Assembly: GCA_944391475.1 (NCBI GenBank)
Contig: CALXTR010000002.1
Location: 194-64,193, forward strand
Direction of reading: 5' to 3'
DNA from: an uncultured Alphaproteobacteria bacterium
GTDB taxonomy: Bacteria > Pseudomonadota > Alphaproteobacteria > RF32 > CAG-239
DNA length: 64,000 nucleotides
Shown: positions 28,637 through 38,514 of the stretch, in pieces
How positions within the stretch are numbered: position 1 is the first letter of the stretch
How the letters are laid out: each line of letters begins with the position of its first letter
Translations under genes and position numbers: made by a program
Notes under the pieces: model-generated
Seen by the model: only the letters and a program-made list of their open reading frames with translations
The model's database searches: none
Told to the model about the DNA's origin: nothing

Positions 28637-29428
28637 TTACATCAAGTCTCCGAACTTATCACGTGCTAATCGTTTGAACTGTTTAACCACAAGATTGAGT
28701 TCTTCAGTGGTTAAACCATCTCGGTTGATAATCAGATTATAGGTTTCTAGAGATCTCTTGGAGATGGCATCTACATCCTTCTTCAAGTCATCTTGCAAAA
28801 ACTCTATAATGTCATTGATTGTATCATCAAAACCACAATAAAATATCTTTTGCGGAGTGACAATCAGCTGACTTGGAAATTGCTGTTGCCAGAATAGTCT
28901 ATCGGTTACGGTAGCGATTTCATTATGCGGCAGATAGACAATATATAAACCATGAGTACTCTCAGATTTACGAATGGCTAGCTCTGCCAAATTTTCTTGC
29001 TCTTGGGTGATGCCTTGAGCCTCACGACAGAATCTGGTCATTTCTTCAAGCGAAGCTTTGCTATAGCCTGCTCTTACCAAAATGTGCAATCCTATCATAC
29101 TATCTTCAATTGTCTCGTATGTTTCAATTGCATTATCCATTTTGCTGGGATTAACACCGATAAGCTCTTTAACCTGAACTATCGGACTTTCTTTAATCCA
29201 GATGCATTCCCCATAGTAGTCACTTGGACCATCGGTCAAAACACATACCGGAGTGTAACCACTTCTAATGAAATCTACAAGTTCTTGAGCTAGCGGAATG
29301 TATTCGCCATTTTCGTTAGGTGTAACCAATGTACAATTCTGTTCACTTTCCTCTAAAAAAGATAAAATCTTTTTTTGCATACCGCATGGGCGGCCTACAA
29401 GGTACCAATACTTTGATGTTGTTTCCAT
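28637..29428 (-). CDS. Hypothetical protein (ORFan, CGxDD motif family)
   Basis: 263-aa ORF with no SD. ATTAACTTAAA box 11 nt upstream of the ATG. FYCGFDD motif. Confidence 0.6.
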   Translation of the reverse strand: METTSKYWYLVGRPCGMQKKILSFLEESEQNCTLVTPNENGEYIPLAQELVDFIRSGYTPVCVLTDGPSDYYGECIWIKESPIVQVKELIGVNPSKMDNAIETYETIEDSMIGLHILVRAGYSKASLEEMTRFCREAQGITQEQENLAELAIRKSESTHGLYIVYLPHNEIATVTDRLFWQQQFPSQLIVTPQKIFYCGFDDTINDIIEFLQDDLKKDVDAISKRSLETYNLIINRDGLTTEELNLVVKQFKRLARDKFGDLM

Positions 29429-29506
29429 AATTACAAAAATTTAAGTTAATAATATAAATTAAAATATCTTACATGTCTTAAAACTTAATTTTCTTATGTC
29501 GATTTG

Positions 29507-29926
29507 TCAATCATTATTTTGTTCATCCGACCACTTTTTGCCGTCAAACAATAAATTTATCAACCTTGGGTCTTTAGACTTAGAATAGGCAAACTCCAAT
29601 TCCACAACATATTTGCCGGATCTTATTTTCTCCTCCAGCGCCATTGCTGATGTTTCCGGAACATAATAACGGTAGTGTTTCTTAAACTGGTCTTTGGGGC
29701 ATTGACGGTCGTTAAATTGACGGCAATCGCTTTTATCCCAATCAATTTCCAACTGTAAGTAATGTCCGGAAATAAGACTGCGCGGGTCATAGCCCACGGC
29801 ACGCAAACGTACAAGCTCGGGGCAGGAAAGATGATATTCGTGCCAACAAATTGTAGATAACAAGACAACCACCGGAAAAAATAACCCCACTATGAAAATT
29901 TGCTTTTTTAACTTACTCATGTTCAC
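29507..29926 (-). CDS. GDYXXLXY-domain protein
   Basis: N-terminal TM segment and SGHYLQLEI in the position of the GDYxxLxY motif. Overlaps the upstream membrane gene. Confidence 0.6.
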   Translation of the reverse strand: MNMSKLKKQIFIVGLFFPVVVLLSTICWHEYHLSCPELVRLRAVGYDPRSLISGHYLQLEIDWDKSDCRQFNDRQCPKDQFKKHYRYYVPETSAMALEEKIRSGKYVVELEFAYSKSKDPRLINLLFDGKKWSDEQNND

Positions 29927-31049
29927 CTCGAGGAGAATTATAAACCATAAATTTTTTTGCCATATAACCTAACAACAAAAACATTATGCCGGCACCAATT
30001 AAGCCAATGCCGGTATTTATCAAATTACCAAACACTTGCAAAAAGCCTACAAATATCCTAAGAGCCAACAGCAAAATCAACAAATTGGTAGGACGCAACA
30101 GCTGATGGTGTAAACAATGATATATCCCCTGCCCGAGGATAAGTGCCGTCAGCATAAATCCTAATACTTCATGGCTCAACAAATCACTTGGTACTAACTC
30201 CCTGATTGCTCCATATCCCCACAATATGAGTAGGCATTGCGACATAAATATATCTGCTTTATTATTTTTACACCAGCGATAAAATCCTATCAGTACAAGC
30301 ATAAACATTGCCATTAGACCATAAATCAAAGCACTTGCCTGCAAACCAGATGTTCTAAAAAACCACCCAAAATCGCAATTGATTAGCACAAAGATAAAAT
30401 AAACATAAACCAATATTTTGAGCGATTTTGACAATCGTTCTTGCCTATTTATCAGCAACTTAGCTATTCCTAGTATTGATACAAATAACAATAACCAACC
30501 ACCAATAGGATAGTTTTTATCCCAAAAATTTATCAGTGCGCCAAACCAGTTAGTATGAGCTCTTAAAAACTCAAACCAAGCATTAATACTCAACAAGCCC
30601 CAAAACACACCAAACCAAACCTGACTACTCATCAACACTAAAGGAATGCTCAACACGCCCCAAAAAGATAGGGCACTATAAATATCTCCTTGAAGTTGGT
30701 ATATCTGTCCAATCAGACCAATGCTAGCCATAATCATCAAAGAATAGCCCCAAATCAGACCTTCTGTCAGCACCTTGCGATGGGTGGCTTGACCATAGAT
30801 TATACCTATGGCTAAGCCTATTAGCAGCAACATATCTGCCGATAACTTAACCATTGTCGGAATGCTATCCCAATTAGCCGTGAGTATGGCTATAATCCCA
30901 ATACTAATACTAAATATACTCAACATTACCACAGAAAGAAAAAACTTGGGATGCCCAATACGTCTTTCATATTCTAATATCGCCTGCCCTTGATAAGCTG
31001 AAATTATTTTTGCCTGTTCCCAAGCTTTTATCTTATCTGTTAGTTTCAT
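29913..31049 (-). CDS. Multi-pass membrane protein (DUF2157/DUF4401-like partner of GDYXXLXY proteins)
   Basis: About 10 TM helices. Start placed at the internal ATG with SD AAAGGA. Operonic overlap with 29507..29926. Confidence 0.55.
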   Translation of the reverse strand: MKLTDKIKAWEQAKIISAYQGQAILEYERRIGHPKFFLSVVMLSIFSISIGIIAILTANWDSIPTMVKLSADMLLLIGLAIGIIYGQATHRKVLTEGLIWGYSLMIMASIGLIGQIYQLQGDIYSALSFWGVLSIPLVLMSSQVWFGVFWGLLSINAWFEFLRAHTNWFGALINFWDKNYPIGGWLLLFVSILGIAKLLINRQERLSKSLKILVYVYFIFVLINCDFGWFFRTSGLQASALIYGLMAMFMLVLIGFYRWCKNNKADIFMSQCLLILWGYGAIRELVPSDLLSHEVLGFMLTALILGQGIYHCLHHQLLRPTNLLILLLALRIFVGFLQVFGNLINTGIGLIGAGIMFLLLGYMAKKFMVYNSPRGEHE

Positions 31050-31114
31050 AATGCGGTTTCCTTTATGTCTTGATTGTGTTAAGAGTAGCAACATCAGCGC
31101 ATTTGTCAAACAAA

Positions 31115-31147
31115 AAGCCTCGGGTTATAACATAACCGGAGGCTTTA
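31115..31147 (-). terminator. Intrinsic terminator downstream of 31168..31755
   Basis: Long stem GCCTC.GGTTAT/ATAACC.GAGGC followed by a T-run on the minus strand. Confidence 0.75.
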
Positions 31148-31167
31148 GTGAATACAAGTGGAGCTAC

Positions 31168-31755
31168 TTATTTTCTGAGTGAAGAAGTGAGGCTCCAGAC
31201 AGATAGTGGTTTTACAACAGGACCTTTAACTCTGTGGCGAGAATATCTCATCAGTTCACGCTTAAAGTCAACTATTGTTCCCAAGGAACGTTGCTTAAAC
31301 ATAAATAAAAACACGTTACCAATGTCTACAAACAAATAAGTTTTCTGCAGCAAACTCTTTTCTTGTTTGTGTAGTTCGTAACGCTGTCGATAATCTGATG
31401 CTCTCCAGTAGCTAAGCTCGTGTTTTTGTTGTTGAAGTGCTTCTAACGTGATACGAGTGGCTTGGATTTCCCTCATCAAGCGATGTGCAACTTCACCACT
31501 GTCATCTAATCCGCAACAAAATATCAACATTTGGTCTTGTGACTGCTGACCCGCTAAGACCAAATCAGACACTAAAATATTGTTGCCATCATAGGTGTCT
31601 GTTTCCAGATGTCTAACATTGAGATAAGATGCTTTCATGACTTCGCTGTGAATGATTTTAAACACATAACGACGAAACATTTCTCCATCTTCAATTCTTT
31701 CAAGTTCTGAAAGAACATCCAACAATTTTTTAGCTGTAAATACTAGTGTTTTCAT
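31168..31755 (-). CDS. Hypothetical protein (ORFan, CGxDD motif family)
   Basis: 195-aa ORF with no SD. FCCGLDD motif. The N-terminus resembles that of 28637..29428. Confidence 0.55.
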   Translation of the reverse strand: MKTLVFTAKKLLDVLSELERIEDGEMFRRYVFKIIHSEVMKASYLNVRHLETDTYDGNNILVSDLVLAGQQSQDQMLIFCCGLDDSGEVAHRLMREIQATRITLEALQQQKHELSYWRASDYRQRYELHKQEKSLLQKTYLFVDIGNVFLFMFKQRSLGTIVDFKRELMRYSRHRVKGPVVKPLSVWSLTSSLRK

Positions 31756-32001
31756 ATATAATTTAGTTTAATAATATGCATAGTTCTATAATTTTGATGT
31801 TACTTTATGCCCTGGAGTTATCTATGTCAACAATATCTCGCACATATATACCTTAACAGTTAAAAGTTACAAAATTTTGTATAGTAAAATCAGCAACATG
31901 CTATTTTGGAAAAATTAATTTTTAAAATCGGAATATTAAATGCATTTTTTTCTTGAAATTATATGATAAAAACTCTATAAAGGTTTTTGCTATCAGACAT
32001 T

Positions 32002-32078
32002 CGGGACGTAGTTCAGCCTGGTAGAGCGCTTGCATGGGGTGCAAGATGTCGGAGGTTCAAATCCTCTCGTCCCGACCA
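32002..32078 (+). tRNA. tRNA-Pro (anticodon GGG), CCA encoded
   Basis: Manual cloverleaf fold: acceptor CGGGACG/CGTCCCG, D stem GTTC/GAGC, anticodon stem CTTGC/GCAAG with loop ATGGGGT, T arm GGAGG-TTCAAAT-CCTCT, then ACCA. Confidence 0.9.
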
Positions 32079-32083
32079 AATAT

Positions 32084-32110
32084 AAAAGCCGCTTCTTTAA
32101 AGCGGCTTTT
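32084..32110. terminator. Bidirectional intrinsic terminator (tRNA-Pro / ppa)
   Basis: AGCCGC/GCGGCT stem with flanking A and T runs. Confidence 0.75.
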
Positions 32111-32147
32111 CTCTTTGGAGAGGATTATCTCACTTTATCTTAGGTTA

Positions 32148-32702
32148 TTATTCTCCTTCATAACCTAGAAGATGTGTCTTATTTTTTTCATACAATGCAA
32201 AGGCGTCTTCAATAATCTTACGTGCCTCTTCCGGGCCTAGGAATTTTTCAATAATTACTTCCTTATTCTCTAGAACCTTATAGTCCTCAAAAAATCTTCT
32301 TAATGTTTTAAGGCAATGTGGAGGAAGTTCGTCGATGTGCTTATAAAACATAAACTCAGGATCATCAACATGAACAGCAACTATCTTATCGTCTTTCTCG
32401 CCCTGATCAATCATTTTCATAACCCCAATGGGTTTGGCGCGCAGTAATGATAGCGGAACAACAGATTCCTGACACAACACCAAAATATCCAGCGGGTCGT
32501 TATCTTCACAATAACTTTGGGGAATAAATCCATAATTTGCCGGATAATGGACTGCACTATATAGAACTCTATCAACCTTTAACATTCCGCTTGGTTTATC
32601 TAGCTCATATTTTAGGTTTGAGCCTTTGGGAACTTCAATGACTGCTGTGACAATATCGGGAGCATTTTCTCCTTTGTTGACGCCATGCCATGGGTGTAAC
32701 AT
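32148..32702 (-). CDS. ppa: Inorganic pyrophosphatase, family I
   Basis: KYE.D...G...VDR, YP.NYGFIP, DGDPLDILV-like (DNDPLDILV) and KI.AV motifs. Confidence 0.92.
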   Translation of the reverse strand: MLHPWHGVNKGENAPDIVTAVIEVPKGSNLKYELDKPSGMLKVDRVLYSAVHYPANYGFIPQSYCEDNDPLDILVLCQESVVPLSLLRAKPIGVMKMIDQGEKDDKIVAVHVDDPEFMFYKHIDELPPHCLKTLRRFFEDYKVLENKEVIIEKFLGPEEARKIIEDAFALYEKNKTHLLGYEGE

Positions 32703-32734
32703 TTTATATCATCTTCTTAAGTTGGGTTGGTTAA

Positions 32735-34342
32735 TTAAATTGCTGAGCGGCCGCTATTAGCAAATATATCCATTGGTATCATCCACTGATTGTCTTTAGT
32801 GGTTTTAGCCTCTTCAGTGGGGTGATTTAAGACCATGATGCTTGCAATCTTCTCTTGAACAGTTTCTGGAACCGGAGTATCTGCCGGAACATAGACGTAA
32901 TACCCACCATAGCCATTAAGATTGCGACGAACATTGCGGATTTTGCTAGAAAAATCTCTTGCTTTACCCTGCTTATCACGACCAACCACAAAGATGTGAC
33001 CATGCACATGGCTTTTGCGGCCTCGATCAAAAATTACAACCGAACCATTAGGAAGTTTATCCAAGTCATCAAAATCACAGCGGATTTGTTTGAAGTTTTG
33101 ATTGGCATCCATATAGGACTTTGCCATGTAAGCACTACGTCCTTCCATAACTCCCAAATTAATACGGTTAAACATTCTTTTAACGCCGCGATAGCAATAA
33201 CCTTCACAATTCATATTAAGTGCTACCTTGGCAGCCTGTTTGGTCAATTTCTCCCCTATTTTACTTTCACCCATTGCGGCTAATTCATCTCCGGAGAAAT
33301 AATAATCGGCATAGCTGATGTCGGCAATGGTGGCCGGTTTTTCTTCTTCCTCTGCTTGGCTGTTTTCATAATTTAGCCAAGGTAAGCTCAAATCCAAGTT
33401 AGACTGAAAATCTTCAAAATCAGGGAAATTTGTTTGATTAGTAAAGGCTGCTGTCAAATCCAACGTATCTTTGGCTGGACGCATTTGAGCAATTGCGGCA
33501 GCTGCTTCATCGGGCATCTCAAATTTAGATAAGTCTCTTACATAAACTTGAGATTTCTGATATTTATCAACATGCGCATCGGCATTGCTAAACCCAATAT
33601 TTCCGGCCACGCCCCACAATGCTATAGCAGCCATGCCATAGCGACGAACTTTTCCACTGATATCATTTTTAAGGCTAACCATTGTGGCTTGGGTAGAATT
33701 TTTGACACCAATAAAGAATTTTTTACGCAGTTGCACGGTGTTTTGAAACTTAAATGATTTGTGATTATACTTTTTGCGTTTAGCTGTTTGAGGCTGCATT
33801 GATTTACGAGCATATGTCGTTTTTTTGCTGCGTTTTTTGAAGCTTAATGCCGAAATGAGCTTGCTCATCAAACCTGCTGATTTGACTTGTTTTTTATGCA
33901 ACTCATACGCACGTTTTTGCTCCGTTGCCGGATGAGTAATCACTTTAGCTTCTGGTTTTGAAGCTGTTTCGTGTTGATGACGAAGCTTTTGTATCATTAA
34001 TTTAGCGCAAATTGCATCTTGTGTGGGCTCATAGCGCATTTCTTTGCCGTATCGAACATATTCTCTACCAAATTCTTCAACAAAATCTTGCATCAAGTCT
34101 AATGCATCGGCAGAGACACTAATTTTACCGTCAGAAAAAGATTTAATCATTTTGCTGGCTTCTTCCACTATCATCGCAAAACGCGAATTATACACGTCGC
34201 GTTTTTGCGGTTCATGGTGGGACTGCTTGCACATCTGATAGACGATGGCAATTTGCTCCAAATCGCTCTTAGAATAGTGTTGTTTTGCCATAGAGGAGCG
34301 ATTGAATTTCAAGACTTGTTTCATATTGATGTCTATCGACAT
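32735..34342 (-). CDS. Hypothetical protein with a central TM helix and a C-terminal putative Cys/His hydrolase-like region
   Basis: Start placed at the ATG preceded by GGAGGA. TM segment YGMAAIALWGVAGNIGF. The C-terminus has EGYCYRGVKR ... GSVVIFD ... HVHGHIFVV, resembling CHAP/NlpC-type Cys...His spacing (weak inference). Confidence 0.55.
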   Translation of the reverse strand: MSIDINMKQVLKFNRSSMAKQHYSKSDLEQIAIVYQMCKQSHHEPQKRDVYNSRFAMIVEEASKMIKSFSDGKISVSADALDLMQDFVEEFGREYVRYGKEMRYEPTQDAICAKLMIQKLRHQHETASKPEAKVITHPATEQKRAYELHKKQVKSAGLMSKLISALSFKKRSKKTTYARKSMQPQTAKRKKYNHKSFKFQNTVQLRKKFFIGVKNSTQATMVSLKNDISGKVRRYGMAAIALWGVAGNIGFSNADAHVDKYQKSQVYVRDLSKFEMPDEAAAAIAQMRPAKDTLDLTAAFTNQTNFPDFEDFQSNLDLSLPWLNYENSQAEEEEKPATIADISYADYYFSGDELAAMGESKIGEKLTKQAAKVALNMNCEGYCYRGVKRMFNRINLGVMEGRSAYMAKSYMDANQNFKQIRCDFDDLDKLPNGSVVIFDRGRKSHVHGHIFVVGRDKQGKARDFSSKIRNVRRNLNGYGGYYVYVPADTPVPETVQEKIASIMVLNHPTEEAKTTKDNQWMIPMDIFANSGRSAI

Positions 34343-34721
34343 AAAATCCTCCATATATTATATCTGCCTATTTTATGGAGGACATTATGCTATATTTTCA
34401 GCCCCGTGTAAACAAAAAAGACAAAATTCATCAAAAATGTAATATTTTTGTAACATTATTACTAATTTGAGATTTTATTACGCATAATCAACCATATATC
34501 ATAGATTTAGAATATAATTAGCATAAAAATTAATATTATTTTACACTAAAATATACAAAAATTTGTCTCATTTGTTAAATTTGACGTAAAGCATTCTTCG
34601 TAAAATTCACCCACAGGAAAATATATTTTTTTGATGAGTTCTAGGTGGTAAATACTATATCAGCTATTGATGTGCTAATGCAATATGCACTCAAATTATA
34701 GCATTATTTTAAATACTGGTT

Positions 34722-35123
34722 TTACTTGGAAATTCTCTCAAGACTTAGAGATAAGTCATTTTTGAGGGCTTTTAGTTCTTCTAAAATGCCGGAAATTAGC
34801 TCACGGCTAGAATCATCAATTTTTTCAGGAGTGGCAAAAAAATCTTTCTGGATTTCTTCTCCTACCAGATTTTTTACGCCCTTTTCTTTTAATACTTTTT
34901 GTACACCTTCTATGGTGTAGCGTTTTTCATATAAAAAATCTTTAATTGTTTTTACCAACTCAACATCGTCAGGACGATAATAGCGTCTTCCGCCGCTGCG
35001 TTTCATTGGTTTTATTTGGGGAAATTTGGTTTCCCAAAAGCGCAAGACATGGGTCGCCACACCTAGTTCATCGGCTACCTCGGCAATGGTTCGGAAAGCA
35101 GCTTTACTCTTGTTGACGACCAT
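34722..35123 (-). CDS. MerR-family transcriptional regulator
   Basis: [25 protein letters not shown]...GGRRYY is a MerR HTH. The position downstream of ihfA is conserved in alphaproteobacteria. Confidence 0.85.
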   Translation of the reverse strand: MVVNKSKAAFRTIAEVADELGVATHVLRFWETKFPQIKPMKRSGGRRYYRPDDVELVKTIKDFLYEKRYTIEGVQKVLKEKGVKNLVGEEIQKDFFATPEKIDDSSRELISGILEELKALKNDLSLSLERISK

Positions 35124-35143
35124 ATCTTTTCCTTTGTTTCTAA

Positions 35144-35428
35144 TTAGGCATTAATGGTTTTGCGCATGGTTTGTGAAGGCTTGAACGAAATGACACGACG
35201 AGAACTAATCAAAGCCTCAACACCGGTCTTTGGATTGCGGCCGGAACGTGCACGTTTGTCACGCAGAGAAAATGTCCCAAATGAAGACAACTTGACATCA
35301 TTACCTCTGGCCAATTCTTGAATGATTTCATCAATAACCATATCTAAAATGTCATTAGAATCTTTACGAGATAAACCAATCTCTTCATAAATTGCTTCCG
35401 CAACATCTGCACGTGTAATAGTTTTCAT
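35144..35428 (-). CDS. ihfA: Integration host factor subunit alpha
   Basis: 94 aa, HU/IHF fold, GLS+KD and RSGRNPKTG motifs. Confidence 0.9.
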   Translation of the reverse strand: MKTITRADVAEAIYEEIGLSRKDSNDILDMVIDEIIQELARGNDVKLSSFGTFSLRDKRARSGRNPKTGVEALISSRRVISFKPSQTMRKTINA

Positions 35429-35537
35429 GTCTAATTCCTTATTTATTCTTAATTTTACTTAATCTGTATCATTGAATATATCAATTTTTTTCCTAAGGCA
35501 AGCATCTTCTCTGATTATTAAACAAATTATTTTTTGC

Positions 35538-36515
35538 TTAAATACGCACCAAAGCTCCGCCCCAGGTAAAGCCTGCGCCCATAGCTGTCAATACAACTAA
35601 GTCGCCTTTTTTGATTTGACCGCTTTCCATGCACTCAGACAATGCCAAAGGTATTGAGGCTGCTGAGGTGTTACCATGGTTTTGCAAGTTGACAATTACT
35701 TTTTCTTCCGGAAGTTCAAGCTTTTGACCAACACCATGAATGATACGTACGTTGGCTTGGTGTGGCAACAACCAATCGATATCAGATGTGGTAACCCCGC
35801 CCATTTCCATAACAGTTTCAGCAGCTTGGCTCAAACTATTAATTGCATACTTGAACACTTCCTTACCATCCATCCAGATAAATCCGGCATTTTTAGTGCT
35901 TGAAACACCGCCATTGGTATATAATTTATCCCACTGAGAACCATCAGAATAAAGTTTGGTGGCAAAAATTCCGCTTTCAGAAATATCTCCACTGCACTCT
36001 TTGGCACGCAAAACAACTGCTCCGGCACCATCACCAAACAAAACGCAAGTATTGCGGTCGTTCCAATCGGTAATGCGAGATAAGCTTTCTGCACCAATAA
36101 CTAAGGCAGTCTTAATCTGACCCAAGCGAATCATATTATCAGCCATAGTCAAAGCATATACAAAGCCAGAACAAGCGGCGGACATATCAAAAGTCGGGGT
36201 GCCGACTTTTACGCCCAAACGATTTGCTACTTTGGCTGCGGTTGCCGGAGTGGTATTATCCGGAGTTACGGTTGCCAACACAATCAAATCGATTTCTTCA
36301 GCGCCGATATCTGCGGTGCGAAGAGCCATACGTGCAGCATTGAAAGCCAAGTCTGAGGTCAGCTCATCAACAACCACATTACGTTTACGAATGCCGGTAC
36401 GAGTACTAATCCATTCATCGTTTGTATCTACAATTTTTGACAAGTCATCATTGGTTAAGACCTTTGCAGGCACAAAATGCCCGTGGCCGATTATTTCACT
36501 TCTAATAAGAGTCAT
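35538..36515 (-). CDS. fabH: 3-oxoacyl-ACP synthase III
   Basis: SAACSGF active-site Cys, HQAN, GNTSAAS. Start taken at the internal ATG (MTLIRSEIIG). Confidence 0.92.
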   Translation of the reverse strand: MTLIRSEIIGHGHFVPAKVLTNDDLSKIVDTNDEWISTRTGIRKRNVVVDELTSDLAFNAARMALRTADIGAEEIDLIVLATVTPDNTTPATAAKVANRLGVKVGTPTFDMSAACSGFVYALTMADNMIRLGQIKTALVIGAESLSRITDWNDRNTCVLFGDGAGAVVLRAKECSGDISESGIFATKLYSDGSQWDKLYTNGGVSSTKNAGFIWMDGKEVFKYAINSLSQAAETVMEMGGVTTSDIDWLLPHQANVRIIHGVGQKLELPEEKVIVNLQNHGNTSAASIPLALSECMESGQIKKGDLVVLTAMGAGFTWGGALVRI

Positions 36516-37569
36516 ACAGAATTTCCTGAGAGAGTTCATCCAAATCTATTTTTTCGACTTCGTTACGAATAGTAGCAACAAAATCTTGTCGAACCAGCGT
36601 TATGGCATTACCAACGGCAACCGAATATCCTAAAGCATCTGTTCCGCCATGGCTCTTAACGGAAAGACCGTTTAAGCCAACAAACATAGCACCGTTATAT
36701 AATCTCGGGTCAAGAGTCTTTTTCAGTTTTAGTCTTGCGCCCAGCATAAACGGAATACCAAGCATGGCCAGCCATGATTGTTTTACTGATTTTTTGATTA
36801 ATCTCATGACTAATCTTGCTGTTCCTTCAATCGACTTTAAGGCAATATTACCGGTAAAGCCATCGGCCACAACAACATCAGCCACCCCTTCGGGAATTTC
36901 GTGTGGTTCGATATAGCCATGGAAATTAATATTCAAATGTGAACTTTTTATCATTTGAGCAGCCTGACGAATCTCTTCACGGCCCTTCATCTCCTCTGCT
37001 CCGATATTGAGCAAAGCAATGCGCGGATGCTCAATTCCCAAAGCGTGGCGAGCCAAGATATCGCCCATGACAGCAAATTCGGTCAAGTTGATTGCATCGC
37101 ACTCTGTATTAGCGCCCAAATCAAGCATAACATATCTGCCGTTTTGATGCGGCATAATACTAACAATTGCCGGACGATGAATCCTTGGCAAGGTCTTTAA
37201 GACCAATTTAGAAATTGCCATCAGAGCACCGGTATTACCAGCTGAAACAATCGCTTTAGCTTCGCCGCGACGAACTGCATCAATTGCCATGTACATACTA
37301 GTGTTGCGATTACGAATCACCTGAGAGGGTTTGTCATCATTGCGGACGACCTCTGTGGTATGCCTCACTTCACAAACCTTCTTGAGTTCGGGATAATTAT
37401 TGAGGTGTTCCAATACTTTTGGTTCATCTCCGTATAGCAAAAATTTTGCGTCAGGATGTTTTTTGGCGGCCAATGCCAAGCCCTCAATAACGACTCTGGG
37501 GGAATCATCTCCCCCCATTGCATCGATAGATATGACCAGATTATTCGTTTCAGACAATATCTGCTCCAT
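36502..37569 (-). CDS. plsX: Phosphate acyltransferase PlsX
   Basis: IDAMGGD, SAGNTGA, and 355 aa length. Synteny rpmF-plsX-fabH. Confidence 0.92.
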   Translation of the reverse strand: MEQILSETNNLVISIDAMGGDDSPRVVIEGLALAAKKHPDAKFLLYGDEPKVLEHLNNYPELKKVCEVRHTTEVVRNDDKPSQVIRNRNTSMYMAIDAVRRGEAKAIVSAGNTGALMAISKLVLKTLPRIHRPAIVSIMPHQNGRYVMLDLGANTECDAINLTEFAVMGDILARHALGIEHPRIALLNIGAEEMKGREEIRQAAQMIKSSHLNINFHGYIEPHEIPEGVADVVVADGFTGNIALKSIEGTARLVMRLIKKSVKQSWLAMLGIPFMLGARLKLKKTLDPRLYNGAMFVGLNGLSVKSHGGTDALGYSVAVGNAITLVRQDFVATIRNEVEKIDLDELSQEILYDSY

Positions 37570-37591
37570 ATATAATATAAAAAGATTTTAA

Positions 37592-37780
37592 TTATTCAGC
37601 AGTTGCTTTCTTTGCAACAACTTCACGACCATCATATTGTCCGCAAGACGGGCAAACAGAGTGAGGTCTTTTGAGCTCACCGCAGTTGGGGCATTCTTGA
37701 TAAGAATTGCCTTCCAAAGCCAAGTGAGAACGACGCATATCGCGACGTGATTTTGATGTTTTCTTTTTAGGTGTAGCCAT
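37592..37780 (-). CDS. rpmF: 50S ribosomal protein L32
   Basis: [19 protein letters not shown] plus CPNCG...CPSCG zinc ribbon. Confidence 0.92.
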   Translation of the reverse strand: MATPKKKTSKSRRDMRRSHLALEGNSYQECPNCGELKRPHSVCPSCGQYDGREVVAKKATAE

Positions 37781-37929
37781 TTTTCTATACTCTAATTAAT
37801 TGTTATTCACTTTATTTTGCTTTAGCCATTAATAAACCATTTAGTTTTTAAATGCAACTAAATTAATCGGGTTTATAAATTCTGAGAGTTCTTTTAGCTA
37901 ATATTTTCTCGTTTGGCAAGTACAAAATG

Positions 37930-38448
37930 CTATTTTTTTAATTTTTTTAGGATATTAAATGGATTGGCCTGATTGGTGGTTTCTTCATCAAACTCAGAAA
38001 CAAAGTTAAATACCTCTCCTTCTTGGCGTGGATAATCGTCAATTAGGAGGGCTACTTGCTCTATTGTGATATCACCCAAATCGATTTTCCCATCAACAAC
38101 AAGGTCTGGAATCTCATCTCCTAACTCCTCGTCTAACTCCCTGATATCCTTATATGTCGCCTTGGTATCAAAAAACAAGGAAAACTCCCCCTGATATGTT
38201 TTATCAAAAAGCTCTAAGCTGATTACGCTCTCTTGCACCAAAACAGCCTTAACACTTCCACTTACATCTAAGTGATGATTCTTGCGGTCAAAATGCAGCT
38301 GTATCTTGCTTTGACAAGATTTTACCTCCGGAACCTTTAAAACTTCTGCTATATAAACTAAATCTTTAGGGCTGGCCGAGAGTTTATATTCTCTTTTGGC
38401 CGCACTCAAATCGTCAACAACTATGGGATAAGAAAAAAGTTTTTGCAT
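37930..38448 (-). CDS. yceD: YceD/DUF177 family protein
   Basis: 172 aa, acidic, located upstream of rpmF as in most bacteria. Confidence 0.8.
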   Translation of the reverse strand: MQKLFSYPIVVDDLSAAKREYKLSASPKDLVYIAEVLKVPEVKSCQSKIQLHFDRKNHHLDVSGSVKAVLVQESVISLELFDKTYQGEFSLFFDTKATYKDIRELDEELGDEIPDLVVDGKIDLGDITIEQVALLIDDYPRQEGEVFNFVSEFDEETTNQANPFNILKKLKK

Positions 38449-38514
38449 AAATTGTTTCCTTATGCTATAAATTAACGTGAGAATTGTAACGATATTAACG
38501 TCAAGGGTTTTTGA

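Noticed and set aside
32002-32147. tRNA-Pro as an integration site of a mobile island
   Set aside because: No integrase, excisionase or transposase is present, and I found no repeat of the tRNA 3' end on either side by eye. It is kept only as a weak contextual remark.
36502-36539. Long fabH start at 36539, overlapping plsX by 38 nt
   Set aside because: The internal ATG at 36515 gives the canonical FabH N-terminus (MTLIRSEIIG...) and a shorter overlap, so it is preferred. The call remains uncertain without alignment.
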